In this document: positions 17,814-26,659 of the stretch, in pieces
Layout of the letters: each line of letters starts with the position of its first letter
How positions within the stretch are numbered: the first letter of the stretch is position 1
Source: a virus
Length of the DNA: 64,000 bases
Virus record (IMG/VR): IMGVR_UViG_3300027733_000032
Strand: one strand, 5' to 3'
Position numbers and translations under genes: made by a program
Notes under the pieces: generated by a model
Seen by the model: the letters and a program-made list of their open reading frames with translations, nothing else
Databases searched by the model: none
Told to the model about the DNA's origin: nothing

Positions 17814-17967
17814 TTGTGTCCGTAACATTGACTCTCCTAATTTTTGGCGACCAGCGTGTTTCAGCGAACCGTTTTGTTTCTTTCAGCAGGATAGCAAACT
17901 CGTTATCGGGCAGTTCGGCTATTTCGGGTGGACGGAATGTGTCCTTGATGGTTATTGCGTGAACCAT
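17689..17967 (-). CDS. hypothetical protein
   Basis: ORF track; overlaps neighbour by >100 nt, so uncertain. Confidence 0.45.
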   Translation of the reverse strand: MVHAITIKDTFRPPEIAELPDNEFAILLKETKRFAETRWSPKIRRVNVTDTNGTTAPLHLFQVWAGSKPEVATDTSDDKGLGKTQQENHCED

Positions 17968-17970
17968 CGG

Positions 17971-18177
17971 TCATACTTCCATATTGTCAGGCTTGTGTCC
18001 CTTGCGACGCAGTACGAACGAGTTGGCACACGACCTACCCTTGTATTCGGGGTCAAGCACATCAGCCTCATACAGAGAAACATCGGACGAGAGAAACATC
18101 TTGGCGAAGTTCTCCACTTCATCACGGCTAGCGAAGTTTACGACGAGAGAGAAAGTCTTGCTCATTTTGTCCACCAT
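17971..18177 (-). CDS. hypothetical protein
   Basis: Operon context. Confidence 0.55.
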   Translation of the reverse strand: MVDKMSKTFSLVVNFASRDEVENFAKMFLSSDVSLYEADVLDPEYKGRSCANSFVLRRKGHKPDNMEV

Positions 18178-18575
18178 TCGTTCAGGGCATCACAAATCGC
18201 ACCTTGACCATCGCCACCTAAGTCTTGAGGCTCGTCAGGGTCGTCCTCACGGCGCATAATGTTTGAGAACCCGTCAATCGTTTTCATAGTTACGATACGG
18301 ATACGGTAACGGTCAGGGTGCTGACTCGGACGGATACCGTCAGGATTTTCGGGATTGTGAGGCGAGGCGTATCCAACCATCACTAACGCAACGGCGTTGA
18401 TGTACGAGGGTCGTTGAGTTTCCTCTAACAACTCGTAAGGGTTAGGGTTTGTTCCCAGCAGATAAGCCCCGTCGTTGTCGCAGGCGTAAAGCAGAGCGTC
18501 TATCTCAAACGGGTCGTCTGTGTGGTTGTGAACCAAGTCGTCAATAGTCATTGCCATTGCGGTGATATTCGTCAT
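18162..18575 (-). CDS. hypothetical protein
   Basis: ATGA-coupled start at 18575. Confidence 0.7.
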   Translation of the reverse strand: MTNITAMAMTIDDLVHNHTDDPFEIDALLYACDNDGAYLLGTNPNPYELLEETQRPSYINAVALVMVGYASPHNPENPDGIRPSQHPDRYRIRIVTMKTIDGFSNIMRREDDPDEPQDLGGDGQGAICDALNEWWTK

Positions 18576-18820
18576 TCCGTTTCTCCTGTTTCGTTGATTT
18601 CGGACTTTTCTACAACTGCGTCGGCAATCCATTCGGATACATCGTTTCCTGCGTTGTCCCATTCGTCAAACTCCTTACAGATTTCTGCCCACGCTTCATC
18701 GGTGAGGGTGTGTTCGTCAATCGTTGGGTACTCCATATTCTCTTTGAGCCATATGAGAGCGCAGATGTTTTCGTCAGGGCTTTTACCCTCTAGGATTTTC
18801 AGGAGAGATGAAACTTTCAT
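18572..18820 (-). CDS. hypothetical protein
   Basis: ATGA-coupled. Confidence 0.7.
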   Translation of the reverse strand: MKVSSLLKILEGKSPDENICALIWLKENMEYPTIDEHTLTDEAWAEICKEFDEWDNAGNDVSEWIADAVVEKSEINETGETE

Positions 18821-19128
18821 TGCCCTACTCCAATCCCGATGTGGGCGAGTGCTTCCTGAATGTCGTGGAAGTAATGCCCGTGACAGATGTACCAGCCGTT
18901 GTCATTGGCGATAACCGTCCAAGAGGCGTAGGCGTGAAAGTTCTTACCCTCACGGACTGCCACTACTTCCCAAGTAGAGAAACTTGCGCCACCCCATTGT
19001 GATGGTTCGGCAGGTCGGAAGTCCTGAACCTTGCGGAACGCAATGACAGTTGCCTCGTTGTAGAGGCGTGTGCCTACTGCGATGTCGGCAGTGGTGTGGT
19101 CGTATTCGGTGATTGTTTCAGTAGTCAT
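18817..19128 (-). CDS. hypothetical protein
   Basis: Leaderless ATG after class A promoter. Confidence 0.8.
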   Translation of the reverse strand: MTTETITEYDHTTADIAVGTRLYNEATVIAFRKVQDFRPAEPSQWGGASFSTWEVVAVREGKNFHAYASWTVIANDNGWYICHGHYFHDIQEALAHIGIGVGQ

Positions 19129-19180
19129 ATATACCTATCGGTTAGGAAGTTTCGCTAGTTGTTCGGTTATTTATTCGGAC

Positions 19181-19645
19181 TCACCACGACGATGAATACT
19201 CAAAGTCCCAATCGTTGGGCATAGTGAGCAAACGGTCAATAGTGTCGGCGGTATAGGTCAAGCCCTCTATGTACCACTCGCTGTAGTCCGTTGAGCCGAA
19301 GAAGAAACCGTTAGAAGTCGGCAACAGTTCATTGGCGAGCGTGGTATCGGCAAGTACCTTACGGCAAGTGTCTCGCAGTTCCTCTAACTTCTCACGCCCG
19401 ACAAAAACCGTCTGACATTCGTCCTCACCACCCTGACACTCCTGAACAAACCAGTTATGGATAGCGTTCTGCTTGCGCCATTGAGCGACTTTCACTTCTA
19501 TAAAAGCCGTTGGGAAGTCTGTTTCCATAAACTCCTCAACCTTACTGAGAGCGACAAGCGAGGCAAACAGTTGCTTGCTCTCGTCATTGCCCCAGTCTCC
19601 GCTGTGGGCAAACTTCTTTGCGTACAAGTATTGGTCTAATCCCAT
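19181..19645 (-). CDS. conserved phage protein, MGLD family
   Basis: MGLDQYLY...WRKQNAIHNWFV...GFFFGSTDY..WY motif. Confidence 0.85.
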   Translation of the reverse strand: MGLDQYLYAKKFAHSGDWGNDESKQLFASLVALSKVEEFMETDFPTAFIEVKVAQWRKQNAIHNWFVQECQGGEDECQTVFVGREKLEELRDTCRKVLADTTLANELLPTSNGFFFGSTDYSEWYIEGLTYTADTIDRLLTMPNDWDFEYSSSW

Positions 19646-19663
19646 TTTATATTCCCCCTATTT

Positions 19664-20005
19664 TCAGACCGCTACGAAGCGGTCACGGACTTTGCTACGG
19701 AGTGCGCTGTTGGCACTTACGACCTTGAGGCAGTTGTTGTCTTTCTTGATGAAAGCATTGACCCACTTGCCAATGGACAGGTTCTCAGACGAGAACAAAC
19801 TCGCCAAGATGTTTGAGTAGGTCAGGTTCTCGCCCGTATAGGCATAGACCGAACCATCTTTCATAGCCACGACAACCAACATCTTGTCGGTATCGGGCAT
19901 AGCGTGGAGATGGATACCAGCCACGAATGACGACTTCTCACTGTCAATGAAGTAGCCCGTGTCGGTTTTGTTGATGGTGATTTCTGTGGTGGTCATAGTG
20001 TTCAT
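19664..20005 (-). CDS. hypothetical protein (weakly KTSC-like)
   Basis: Leaderless ATG after class B promoter; G.VYAY...SIGKWVN..IK resembles KTSC domain. Confidence 0.7.
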   Translation of the reverse strand: MNTMTTTEITINKTDTGYFIDSEKSSFVAGIHLHAMPDTDKMLVVVAMKDGSVYAYTGENLTYSNILASLFSSENLSIGKWVNAFIKKDNNCLKVVSANSALRSKVRDRFVAV

Positions 20006-20165
20006 ACTTTCAGTGAACAGGCTAACTACTACAACTACAACCTCAATATAGATTTATTTGAGATTGTTTACTGAGTAGGTAGCGATGGATATACCTGTGT
20101 ATCGGTACAACAGTTTCGTTAGTTGTCTTGAAACTTATCCACAGCCTGTGGACAACCGCTAGGGG

Positions 20166-20179
20166 CGAACAAGTGTTCG
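20166..20179. promoter_or_regulatory. LexA/SOS-like box
   Basis: CGAAC-AAGT-GTTCG palindrome. Confidence 0.55.
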
Positions 20180-20223
20180 GAGCCCCGCACTCATATACGC
20201 AACAAGGTACAGTGACGGAAAGA

Positions 20224-20643
20224 CTAGTGGACTAGAGGACGCAGGGCGATTTCCTCTGCCTTGGCGAATTGGTCTTTACACAAGTTCTCTCCGCCAGCCT
20301 GAACGATGGAGCGGTGAAGTTTTGCGTCATCATTGTCAATCGCACCTTCGTTGATACGACCAATCACATCATCGGCGGTCATACCATCGGTCATCAACTG
20401 ACACCACAACTCACCCATCTCTACGATTTCGTCGTCAGCCATTGGTGGCGTAGCCCCGTATAGGAAGTACACATCATCTATGAAGGATGTTTGTTCCTCT
20501 GTGAATATTCTGTCCGTAGTCGGGATTGTGTCAATGACAGGGATGCCCGTTGTGGGTAGTGGGGCGAGGGTACTCTCCCCGTCAGTTGCTCCCGACGAGC
20601 AACCAACGAGGAGAAGAACTGTTAGTGGTAGTAAGCGTTTCAT
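20224..20643 (-). CDS. lipoprotein, DUF732-like
   Basis: Lipobox LVGC; F...V......DDE.VE.GE.WC..M..G pattern. Confidence 0.7.
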   Translation of the reverse strand: MKRLLPLTVLLLVGCSSGATDGESTLAPLPTTGIPVIDTIPTTDRIFTEEQTSFIDDVYFLYGATPPMADDEIVEMGELWCQLMTDGMTADDVIGRINEGAIDNDDAKLHRSIVQAGGENLCKDQFAKAEEIALRPLVH

Positions 20644-20649
20644 TTGAGG

Positions 20650-20718
20650 TCACCATTGCCTTTTGTTGTAGAGAAATGTGAGAGTAATGATTATGATGAT
20701 GATGATTAGTGAGTTCAT
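20650..20718 (-). CDS. 22-aa poly-Ile TM micropeptide
   Basis: CAGGAA SD; MNSLIIIIIIITLTFLYNKRQW fills the intergenic gap. Confidence 0.5.
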   Translation of the reverse strand: MNSLIIIIIIITLTFLYNKRQW

Positions 20719-20732
20719 ATTCCTGTTTTGTT

Positions 20733-21011
20733 CTATATCTCGGATTTTTCTGACTGTGAAACCAGCAGTGTTGCGTCCCATTCGTTGATGGCATCGCAAG
20801 TATCGCAAACAGTATATTCATCGCCACGAAACTCGTAGCGAAGCCAAAGCAAGAACTTCTGCTCGGGGCTGGTGGCTTCTGAAGTTATCTTATTCATAAA
20901 GGCAAGGTACTCCGCATACTCAGAAGTCGGCACACAAACGCAAGCACGGCTAGTCAAGAGCAGGTCACGGAGTCGCTGTCCTTTATCAGCCAACAACATC
21001 GGGTCGGTCAC
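20733..21011 (-). CDS. hypothetical protein
   Basis: ORF track; C.C and CDTC. Confidence 0.6.
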   Translation of the reverse strand: MTDPMLLADKGQRLRDLLLTSRACVCVPTSEYAEYLAFMNKITSEATSPEQKFLLWLRYEFRGDEYTVCDTCDAINEWDATLLVSQSEKSEI

Positions 21012-21381
21012 GACCTTCTACCTCACGGGCTTTCCACGACTGAATGTCTGCGTCAAGCCGACCATCCATACTTCCGTCTGGATTAGGGGTGTACGAAACC
21101 CAAATGTCAATCAGACCATTGTCGTTCTTTCGTGAACACCATCGGAGTTGCTTGTATTTGGACAAGGCTGAAGCGAGAGAAGTGCGGTTCGGTGAGTCCC
21201 GCCGTGCGAGTACCCACTTGTTTGGGTGTAGGGCTACCTCGCTGATGATTTTCTGAACCACGCCAACACGATAGGTGTAGCGATTAGCCCCTCTGATGTT
21301 GCGGTGAGGTACTTCGTCAAGAACGATGAGTCCTTCGTGTGCGGATGGGTGTGCGTATTCTGTTTCGTGGTCAGGAGACAT
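20986..21381 (-). CDS. basic protein, probable paralog of 29233-29574
   Basis: G.VQ..I......P.KW...SK...L....R.N..G...V..Y pattern. Confidence 0.7.
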   Translation of the reverse strand: MSPDHETEYAHPSAHEGLIVLDEVPHRNIRGANRYTYRVGVVQKIISEVALHPNKWVLARRDSPNRTSLASALSKYKQLRWCSRKNDNGLIDIWVSYTPNPDGSMDGRLDADIQSWKAREVEGRDRPDVVG

Positions 21382-21482
21382 TGCTTCTTCTTTCGTTTAG
21401 GCGGTTAGCCTCAGGTGTTGATTATGTTTGATGTTGCCCAAACGAGCAGTGGGGCAGGATTTTCCCACCCCACTCACTCATT

Positions 21483-21893
21483 TCAGACTGATAGTTCCTC
21501 AGCCGTTGATACAGCGTTGTCGCTGACACGGACTGCCGTGTAGAAAGTTGGCTTCACGACTGCCTGCTCAATCTCAGGAGCGATGAGTCCTTTTTCCATT
21601 GCCTTATCAAAGGCTTTGCTCTCAACGCTGGTCTTGGTGACCATTGCGAAAGTGTCCTCGCTGACGAGGGTGCGGAGTGCCTTAGCGTCAAAGTTGCGAC
21701 GCACTGCTTCTACAGCGACAACTCGCTTACCCTCAACGACGCACTCGTCAATACCCGCAGAAGCGTAGGACTCAAGCATTAGGGACTTCGCAGTCTCCAT
21801 TGCCTTTTCTACGGACTCTTTCATCTCCAAAGCACGGAGATACTGGATGGTTGCCTTTTCAGCGTCGGATGTGGTTGATGTAGTAGTTTCCAT
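21483..21893 (-). CDS. coiled-coil phage protein
   Basis: Start moved to leaderless ATG after class B motif. Confidence 0.8.
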   Translation of the reverse strand: METTTSTTSDAEKATIQYLRALEMKESVEKAMETAKSLMLESYASAGIDECVVEGKRVVAVEAVRRNFDAKALRTLVSEDTFAMVTKTSVESKAFDKAMEKGLIAPEIEQAVVKPTFYTAVRVSDNAVSTAEELSV

Positions 21894-22136
21894 AAGTTCA
21901 GTGAACTCCCTATTCATAACTTTCACAACCTATAAAGCAAACTTTCTTTAGGAATGTTTACCTTGGTTGTGTGGGCGTTCGGTAGCCCATCCGTGTATCG
22001 GTATAAGAGTTACAGTAGTTGTGTGTAAGTTTATCCACAGGACTGTGGACGACAGGTCGGCACATATGTAGTAGCCGTGCATCACCCGTGAGCGCACCCG
22101 TGATGATTGCTTCTACAAGCGACGGTGGCGGAAAGG

Positions 22137-22355
22137 CTAGTCAATGACCGTCCATCTGTCGCCAAACTCGGCGTTCAGCCCCAAAGACGAACCATCGTCC
22201 CAGTTCACAGAGACAGTACCCGTGTCATCCACGAACTTGATTACTCCCTCGTTACCTTGGCGGAGCCCCGTGTATGGGTCGTTGGTGTACTGAAGTCGGA
22301 CTCGCTTGCCGATAAGGGCGAGCAGGTGCTTAGGTGCGTTACCCGTGTGGTTCAT
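22137..22355 (-). CDS. DUF4314 family protein
   Basis: G.RV.L....DPY..L..G..G.I..VDD.GTV.V.WD.GSSLGL....D. Confidence 0.85.
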   Translation of the reverse strand: MNHTGNAPKHLLALIGKRVRLQYTNDPYTGLRQGNEGVIKFVDDTGTVSVNWDDGSSLGLNAEFGDRWTVID

Positions 22356-22609
22356 AGGTCGTTCCCGTCCTCGTCTTGGAATACAAGTTCACTCAATCGC
22401 ATACCAGCGAAGTCGTCCTCTACATATGACTCAACACGGTCAATGATTTGCTCAATCGTGAATGGTTCGTCCGCTGATAGACGATGAGAACCGTCTTTGT
22501 CGTAGATGATTTCGGAGTCACGCTCGTCTTGGAGTTGCTGAACAATGCCAGCAACATCGTAAGTAACGACTTTCATAACATTTATTCGTTGAGGTAGTAA
22601 GTCACTCAT
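22352..22609 (-). CDS. hypothetical acidic protein
   Basis: ATGA-coupled start at 22609. Confidence 0.7.
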   Translation of the reverse strand: MSDLLPQRINVMKVVTYDVAGIVQQLQDERDSEIIYDKDGSHRLSADEPFTIEQIIDRVESYVEDDFAGMRLSELVFQDEDGNDL

Positions 22610-22728
22610 CGGTTGTTGCTTCTCCATTCGCAGTAGGCGTTGTAGGTTTCGTCATCGTCGGGGTCAAAACCATTGGCTTCGCACCATTGGTCGTAGGACG
22701 GATTGGACTCAAAGACCTTGATAGTCAT
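22606..22728 (-). CDS. 40-aa acidic peptide
   Basis: Overlap-coupled at both ends; MTIKVFESNPSYDQWCEANGFDPDDD... Confidence 0.65.
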   Translation of the reverse strand: MTIKVFESNPSYDQWCEANGFDPDDDETYNAYCEWRSNNR

Positions 22729-22925
22729 TGCTTCACTCCATGAATGCTTGGCATAAACCACCAAGAGTTGTCGGTAATGAACATCGTTGCGTCACTAAAG
22801 GTCGCAAACCGATGGGTTGTAGAGGAAGGTTGGAGTTCCACACACCAACCAAGTCCGTCTGCGTCTTTCATGTCTGCGTCATAGTAAATGACAATGTGTC
22901 GTACTGTGAGGTCGCTCATTACCAT
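22725..22925 (-). CDS. hypothetical protein
   Basis: Overlap-coupled. Confidence 0.65.
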   Translation of the reverse strand: MVMSDLTVRHIVIYYDADMKDADGLGWCVELQPSSTTHRFATFSDATMFITDNSWWFMPSIHGVKQ

Positions 22926-23194
22926 TTCTCCAATGAGATGACTTTGTAATCTTGTAAGCCAGCCTCGTCATCCGCAATCTTGTCAAGCCCGTCATCATCG
23001 TCGCACTCAACCCAGCCCTTGACCCAATGGCAGTTAGCGTCCTCATTGAGATACTCCGCCCTGTCATCGTCGGACATTCCTATCCAAGCAGAGGGCATAA
23101 GTGACTCGTCAATGACCGTGTAGTAGTTCCACTCAAAGGTCTTAATACCCGATGGGTAAGTCTGCTCGGCGCAAACCTTGTAGCCGATAGTCAT
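22919..23194 (-). CDS. hypothetical protein
   Basis: ATGA-coupled. Confidence 0.7.
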   Translation of the reverse strand: MTIGYKVCAEQTYPSGIKTFEWNYYTVIDESLMPSAWIGMSDDDRAEYLNEDANCHWVKGWVECDDDDGLDKIADDEAGLQDYKVISLEKW

Positions 23195-23496
23195 TTGTCC
23201 CCCAAGTCAATAGCGAGAGGCTCAATCTGCTGAAAGTGAAAGAGGAGTTCGTCCCAATCGGCTTCAGACCAATCAGGGTGGTCGCCCGATTTATCGGCAA
23301 AGTTGAGCAGAGCGAGAGCGTCGTCCTCGTTCCAGCCCAAGTGGATAACCGTGTTCACCATATGAGGCGACTTGCCACGAAACTTCTCAGGTAGGCAAGA
23401 GTTGTTGTAGCCAGCAGTCATAGACTGACGAACTTCCTCGTTCCACTTGCGTCCCCGTGTCGGGGTCATCTCTAGGTATTTCATATTGGTAGTCAT
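23191..23496 (-). CDS. hypothetical protein
   Basis: Leaderless ATG after class B promoter. Confidence 0.8.
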   Translation of the reverse strand: MTTNMKYLEMTPTRGRKWNEEVRQSMTAGYNNSCLPEKFRGKSPHMVNTVIHLGWNEDDALALLNFADKSGDHPDWSEADWDELLFHFQQIEPLAIDLGDK

Positions 23497-23557
23497 AGGT
23501 TCAGTAAACCTTCTAGTAGTAGTAATAACAACCTCAGTTGAGATTTATCGGAAAGAT

Positions 23558-23746
23558 TTATTCCTCATAGGTGTCAAACCCGTCAAGGGCTTCGGGGTAC
23601 TCAGAGGAAGGCGACCCAAGTTGAGCAAGGCGTTCGTATAGCCCCGCCATCACTAGTGCCTTCTCGTTGGTAACACATTCCGTCCAGTCCTCGTATTGCG
23701 AGCCACTGACAGAGAATGCGATGGTGAAAGCGTGGTTGTAGGTCAT
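23558..23746 (-). CDS. hypothetical protein
   Basis: ATGA-coupled; YNHAFTIAFSV motif. Confidence 0.7.
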   Translation of the reverse strand: MTYNHAFTIAFSVSGSQYEDWTECVTNEKALVMAGLYERLAQLGSPSSEYPEALDGFDTYEE

Positions 23747-24078
23747 TCATCATCCTGTTCGTCGTCGTAATCCCAAGAGTCACCCTGACTAATGAGACTG
23801 ATGAAACCAGCGTTCGGGTCGGCGTGATTAGTGGCGACAGCATTGACAAACCTCAGACCGCAAGAGTTGGTGTACCAACAGTCAAGTGCGGTAAGCATTT
23901 CGTCGCTTGTCCCCCGTACGGAGTATTCGTAGTTTTCCTCAAACCACTGTGCCTGCTCGTCGTCTAGAGCCACATAGATTTTGTGGCAACCGTCCCAAGC
24001 GACAAGGAGAGCATCGCACATAGCGTCTGCGACTTTATCGGCAACCAGTGGGTGTAAGTCTCGGAGTTTCATCAGCAA
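23743..24078 (-). CDS. hypothetical protein, paralog of 6660-7025
   Basis: DALLVAWDGCHKIYVA and C.L+F+NAV.T.H..PNAG motifs shared. Confidence 0.85.
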   Translation of the reverse strand: MLMKLRDLHPLVADKVADAMCDALLVAWDGCHKIYVALDDEQAQWFEENYEYSVRGTSDEMLTALDCWYTNSCGLRFVNAVATNHADPNAGFISLISQGDSWDYDDEQDDE

Positions 24079-24590
24079 ATCTCAAATCCACCGCAGTCAA
24101 GCAGGAACTCAGCAAACTCTTGGACATTTTCCGTTGAGAATGGGTAGTTTGTTGCGAAGTGTTCTACCTTGCCGTGTCCACGACAGGCATTACACCACCC
24201 GTGAGTGCGTCCGAGAATGATTGCGTCCGCTTCCTCTAGTTCTTTATCGGGCATACCGTTATCAACGCCGACAGTATCCGAACGGATACCCGTACCTTGA
24301 CAGTAGTCGCAGTCCGATGTTGGTAGCGAGGCTAGGTGTTCACGGTATTCGGTTTCGTACTTGGCGGTTACACCCGTAGCGAGGTCGTTGAGTAGTCGCT
24401 GACCGAGAGCGAGTGCGTCATCTGCGTCAAGACCATCACCGTCGTTGGAGTATCCGCTATCAACTTTACGAGCGATGTCGCCGTGTAGTTCCTCACAGTA
24501 GTTCCATAGTGGTCGCCACCACCAAACATTGTTGCGGAAGTAAGAACCTTTTTCGCTCGTTGTGTTTTTGCCGTATACATCCATACCCAT
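24072..24590 (-). CDS. MG[LM]D-type phage protein with Zn-finger insert
   Basis: MGMDVYG...FRNNVWWWRPLW; CDYCQGTG and CNACRGHG. Confidence 0.85.
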   Translation of the reverse strand: MGMDVYGKNTTSEKGSYFRNNVWWWRPLWNYCEELHGDIARKVDSGYSNDGDGLDADDALALGQRLLNDLATGVTAKYETEYREHLASLPTSDCDYCQGTGIRSDTVGVDNGMPDKELEEADAIILGRTHGWCNACRGHGKVEHFATNYPFSTENVQEFAEFLLDCGGFEIC

Positions 24591-24898
24591 TAGTTGTCAC
24601 CTTCCTCAAGGCAGGCGACTTGGCTTTCGTCCATCTCAATAACCCTCACCCAAGAAAGGATGATGCGGAGAAAAACGGAGTAGTCGTTTGGCGAGTATGT
24701 ATGAGTCTGAGTGCGGAACTCCTCAATTTCGTGTTGGGGGACTCCCTCTCGTCGGAGAAGGTGAGTGACCTCTGCGATGATTTCGGAGTCGGTCATTCCA
24801 CAAGTGCTAAGGCTGATGTCATATTTGGGCTTGATGTCTAGGTGTGTCATACTCCCCTTTTCGCTCGTTTGGTTCTTGCCGTATATATCCATTCCCAT
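24590..24898 (-). CDS. hypothetical protein with N-terminus copied from 24072-24590
   Basis: AAAGGA SD; MGMDIYGKNQTSEKGS vs MGMDVYGKNTTSEKGS. Confidence 0.75.
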   Translation of the reverse strand: MGMDIYGKNQTSEKGSMTHLDIKPKYDISLSTCGMTDSEIIAEVTHLLRREGVPQHEIEEFRTQTHTYSPNDYSVFLRIILSWVRVIEMDESQVACLEEGDN

Positions 24899-25196
24899 TG
24901 GAGTTTCCTTTCGTCGTTGTATTTACAGTGAACAGCGTAGGTTTACACAACACAACCTGTTCGTGGGATTTATCTAAGTATCGGTTAGGCAGTTACCGTA
25001 GTTGGGCGTAACTTTATCCACAGGCTGTGGACAACTGAATAAAAATGCGGGGCTCGGTCTGAGTCTTTGGATAAATCATTTAGCGAGGTTGTTGTTACTA
25101 CTACTAGGCGGTTCACTGTATCTAACGCCCGACGGTGGCGGATACCAAAAATAAAAACTGACCCAACTAACGAAATAGCAGAACCGATACCCCACT

Positions 25197-25580
25197 ATGA
25201 ACACACTTACTATGCCCGAAGCAACAGCCATTGCCATTATGGAATGGGCTAAGAACAAACTTGCCACCGTCGGCTACTTGGAGTTCTCCGACGATTGGTG
25301 GGAGTCCTATGACAACGATTGGGATATCAACATTTGGCGTTCCGATATGAGCGAGGAAATCCGTGTCAATGCCTACCCGATGACATTCACTAATGGTGAA
25401 TGGAATACCGACTTCTCCAACTGGGTGAGTTTGGGGACTCTCCGTGAGCCTATCTCTTGGCAGGACGGACATTCGTGCGACCAATGCGGTGACCCGATGG
25501 GTGGCAAGTATGACGGCGACCAACCAACTTCCTACGGTGAGGACGGCGTTGCTCATCTCCGTTGTACGCCCATTGAATAA
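25197..25580 (+). CDS. acidic hypothetical protein
   Basis: Leaderless ATG after class A promoter. Confidence 0.8.
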   Translation: MNTLTMPEATAIAIMEWAKNKLATVGYLEFSDDWWESYDNDWDINIWRSDMSEEIRVNAYPMTFTNGEWNTDFSNWVSLGTLREPISWQDGHSCDQCGDPMGGKYDGDQPTSYGEDGVAHLRCTPIE

Positions 25581-25629
25581 ATCTAAATCACAGGTTGTTA
25601 TTACTACTATTAGGAAGTTCAATAGAACT

Positions 25630-25974
25630 ATGACCACTACACTCTTACAACGAACCAAAGACGCTATCGCTGACGGGAAAATCATTGGCGACGGGCATAC
25701 CATCTTCAATCCCGACTTCTACGCCCCTCACTTCAGTGAGGACGAACTGAGTAAAGCGAAACTCATCCAAACTTTCAAGTCAGACAAGTCTGACCACAAG
25801 TCCACCATTTTTGGCAAGGACGGTAAGCCGATGGAGAAACTCAAGGGCGTGTACAACCTCACTTTCTTGTATTGGCTCTGCGGTGCGCTTGGTATCAACT
25901 CTCACAACGACTACAACGGGCGTGGCTCGCAGGCAGACGAACTCGCTCGCCGTATCCGCAAGGAACTGGCATGA
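25630..25974 (+). CDS. hypothetical protein
   Basis: Start moved to leaderless ATG after class B motif. Confidence 0.8.
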   Translation: MTTTLLQRTKDAIADGKIIGDGHTIFNPDFYAPHFSEDELSKAKLIQTFKSDKSDHKSTIFGKDGKPMEKLKGVYNLTFLYWLCGALGINSHNDYNGRGSQADELARRIRKELA

Positions 25975-26225
25975 GAAGCGACAAAGCACCATTCACCATT
26001 ACCCATCACGATGAAGCCTCGTCTTGGTGTGACTCATCACTTCTGAAGGCATTAGCCAAGACATTCAGTACCGTCTTGGTCACAACACTTGATGGCGACA
26101 TCTACGAGGGCGAGGTGCTTGCCGTTGAGAACGGAATACTCGTCCTCTCCAATAGCAATCTTGGCAATGCGTGGGCAGAAATGGAAATCACGCTAACGAG
26201 TATCACCAACATTCATTATTGCTAA
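25971..26225 (+). CDS. small beta-barrel protein, Sm/Hfq-like pattern
   Basis: ATGA-coupled; TVLVTTLDGDIYEGEVLAVENGILVLSN resembles Sm1 motif. Confidence 0.6.
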   Translation: MRSDKAPFTITHHDEASSWCDSSLLKALAKTFSTVLVTTLDGDIYEGEVLAVENGILVLSNSNLGNAWAEMEITLTSITNIHYC

Positions 26226-26279
26226 AGAAATCTCACCCGTGAGGTTGTTATTACTACTAATAAGGAGTTCACTGTAACT

Positions 26280-26465
26280 ATGACCACCTACCACATTGAG
26301 TACATCATTCACTTAGAGATAGAGGCTGAGAGCGAGGACGAGGCACTAAAACTCGGCTCGCAGGAACTTCACGCCCTTGACGGTGACGGACTCGCTAACT
26401 GTTGCGAGTTCTTAGATATTGAGATAGCACTAACCGACGACTACTACTTAGGAGAAACCGAATGA
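26280..26465 (+). CDS. small acidic protein (EA.SEDEA motif)
   Basis: Leaderless after class B; tandem paralog of next gene. Confidence 0.75.
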   Translation: MTTYHIEYIIHLEIEAESEDEALKLGSQELHALDGDGLANCCEFLDIEIALTDDYYLGETE

Positions 26466-26659
26466 AGTATTACCGTGTAGGCATTTTTGCGTCCGTGAAT
26501 GTGGAAGCAGAGAACGAGGACGAAGCAATACGCCAAGCCCGTGACATTGTTATTGAGGGCGCAATCAAGACGCACGATTACGAGTTTGAGGCTCAGGACA
26601 GAGAACTTGACCCCGACTTGGACTTCTTGGAAATGATGGCTCAGGAGAAGGCGAAATGA
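26462..26659 (+). CDS. small acidic protein (EA.NEDEA motif)
   Basis: ATGA-coupled; DpnD/PcfM-like pattern. Confidence 0.75.
   Translation: MKYYRVGIFASVNVEAENEDEAIRQARDIVIEGAIKTHDYEFEAQDRELDPDLDFLEMMAQEKAK

Noticed and set aside
21958-21990. 10-aa leaderless ORF MGYRTPTQPR
   Set aside because: ATG lies 4 nt after the -10 octamer, upstream of the +1 inferred from other copies.
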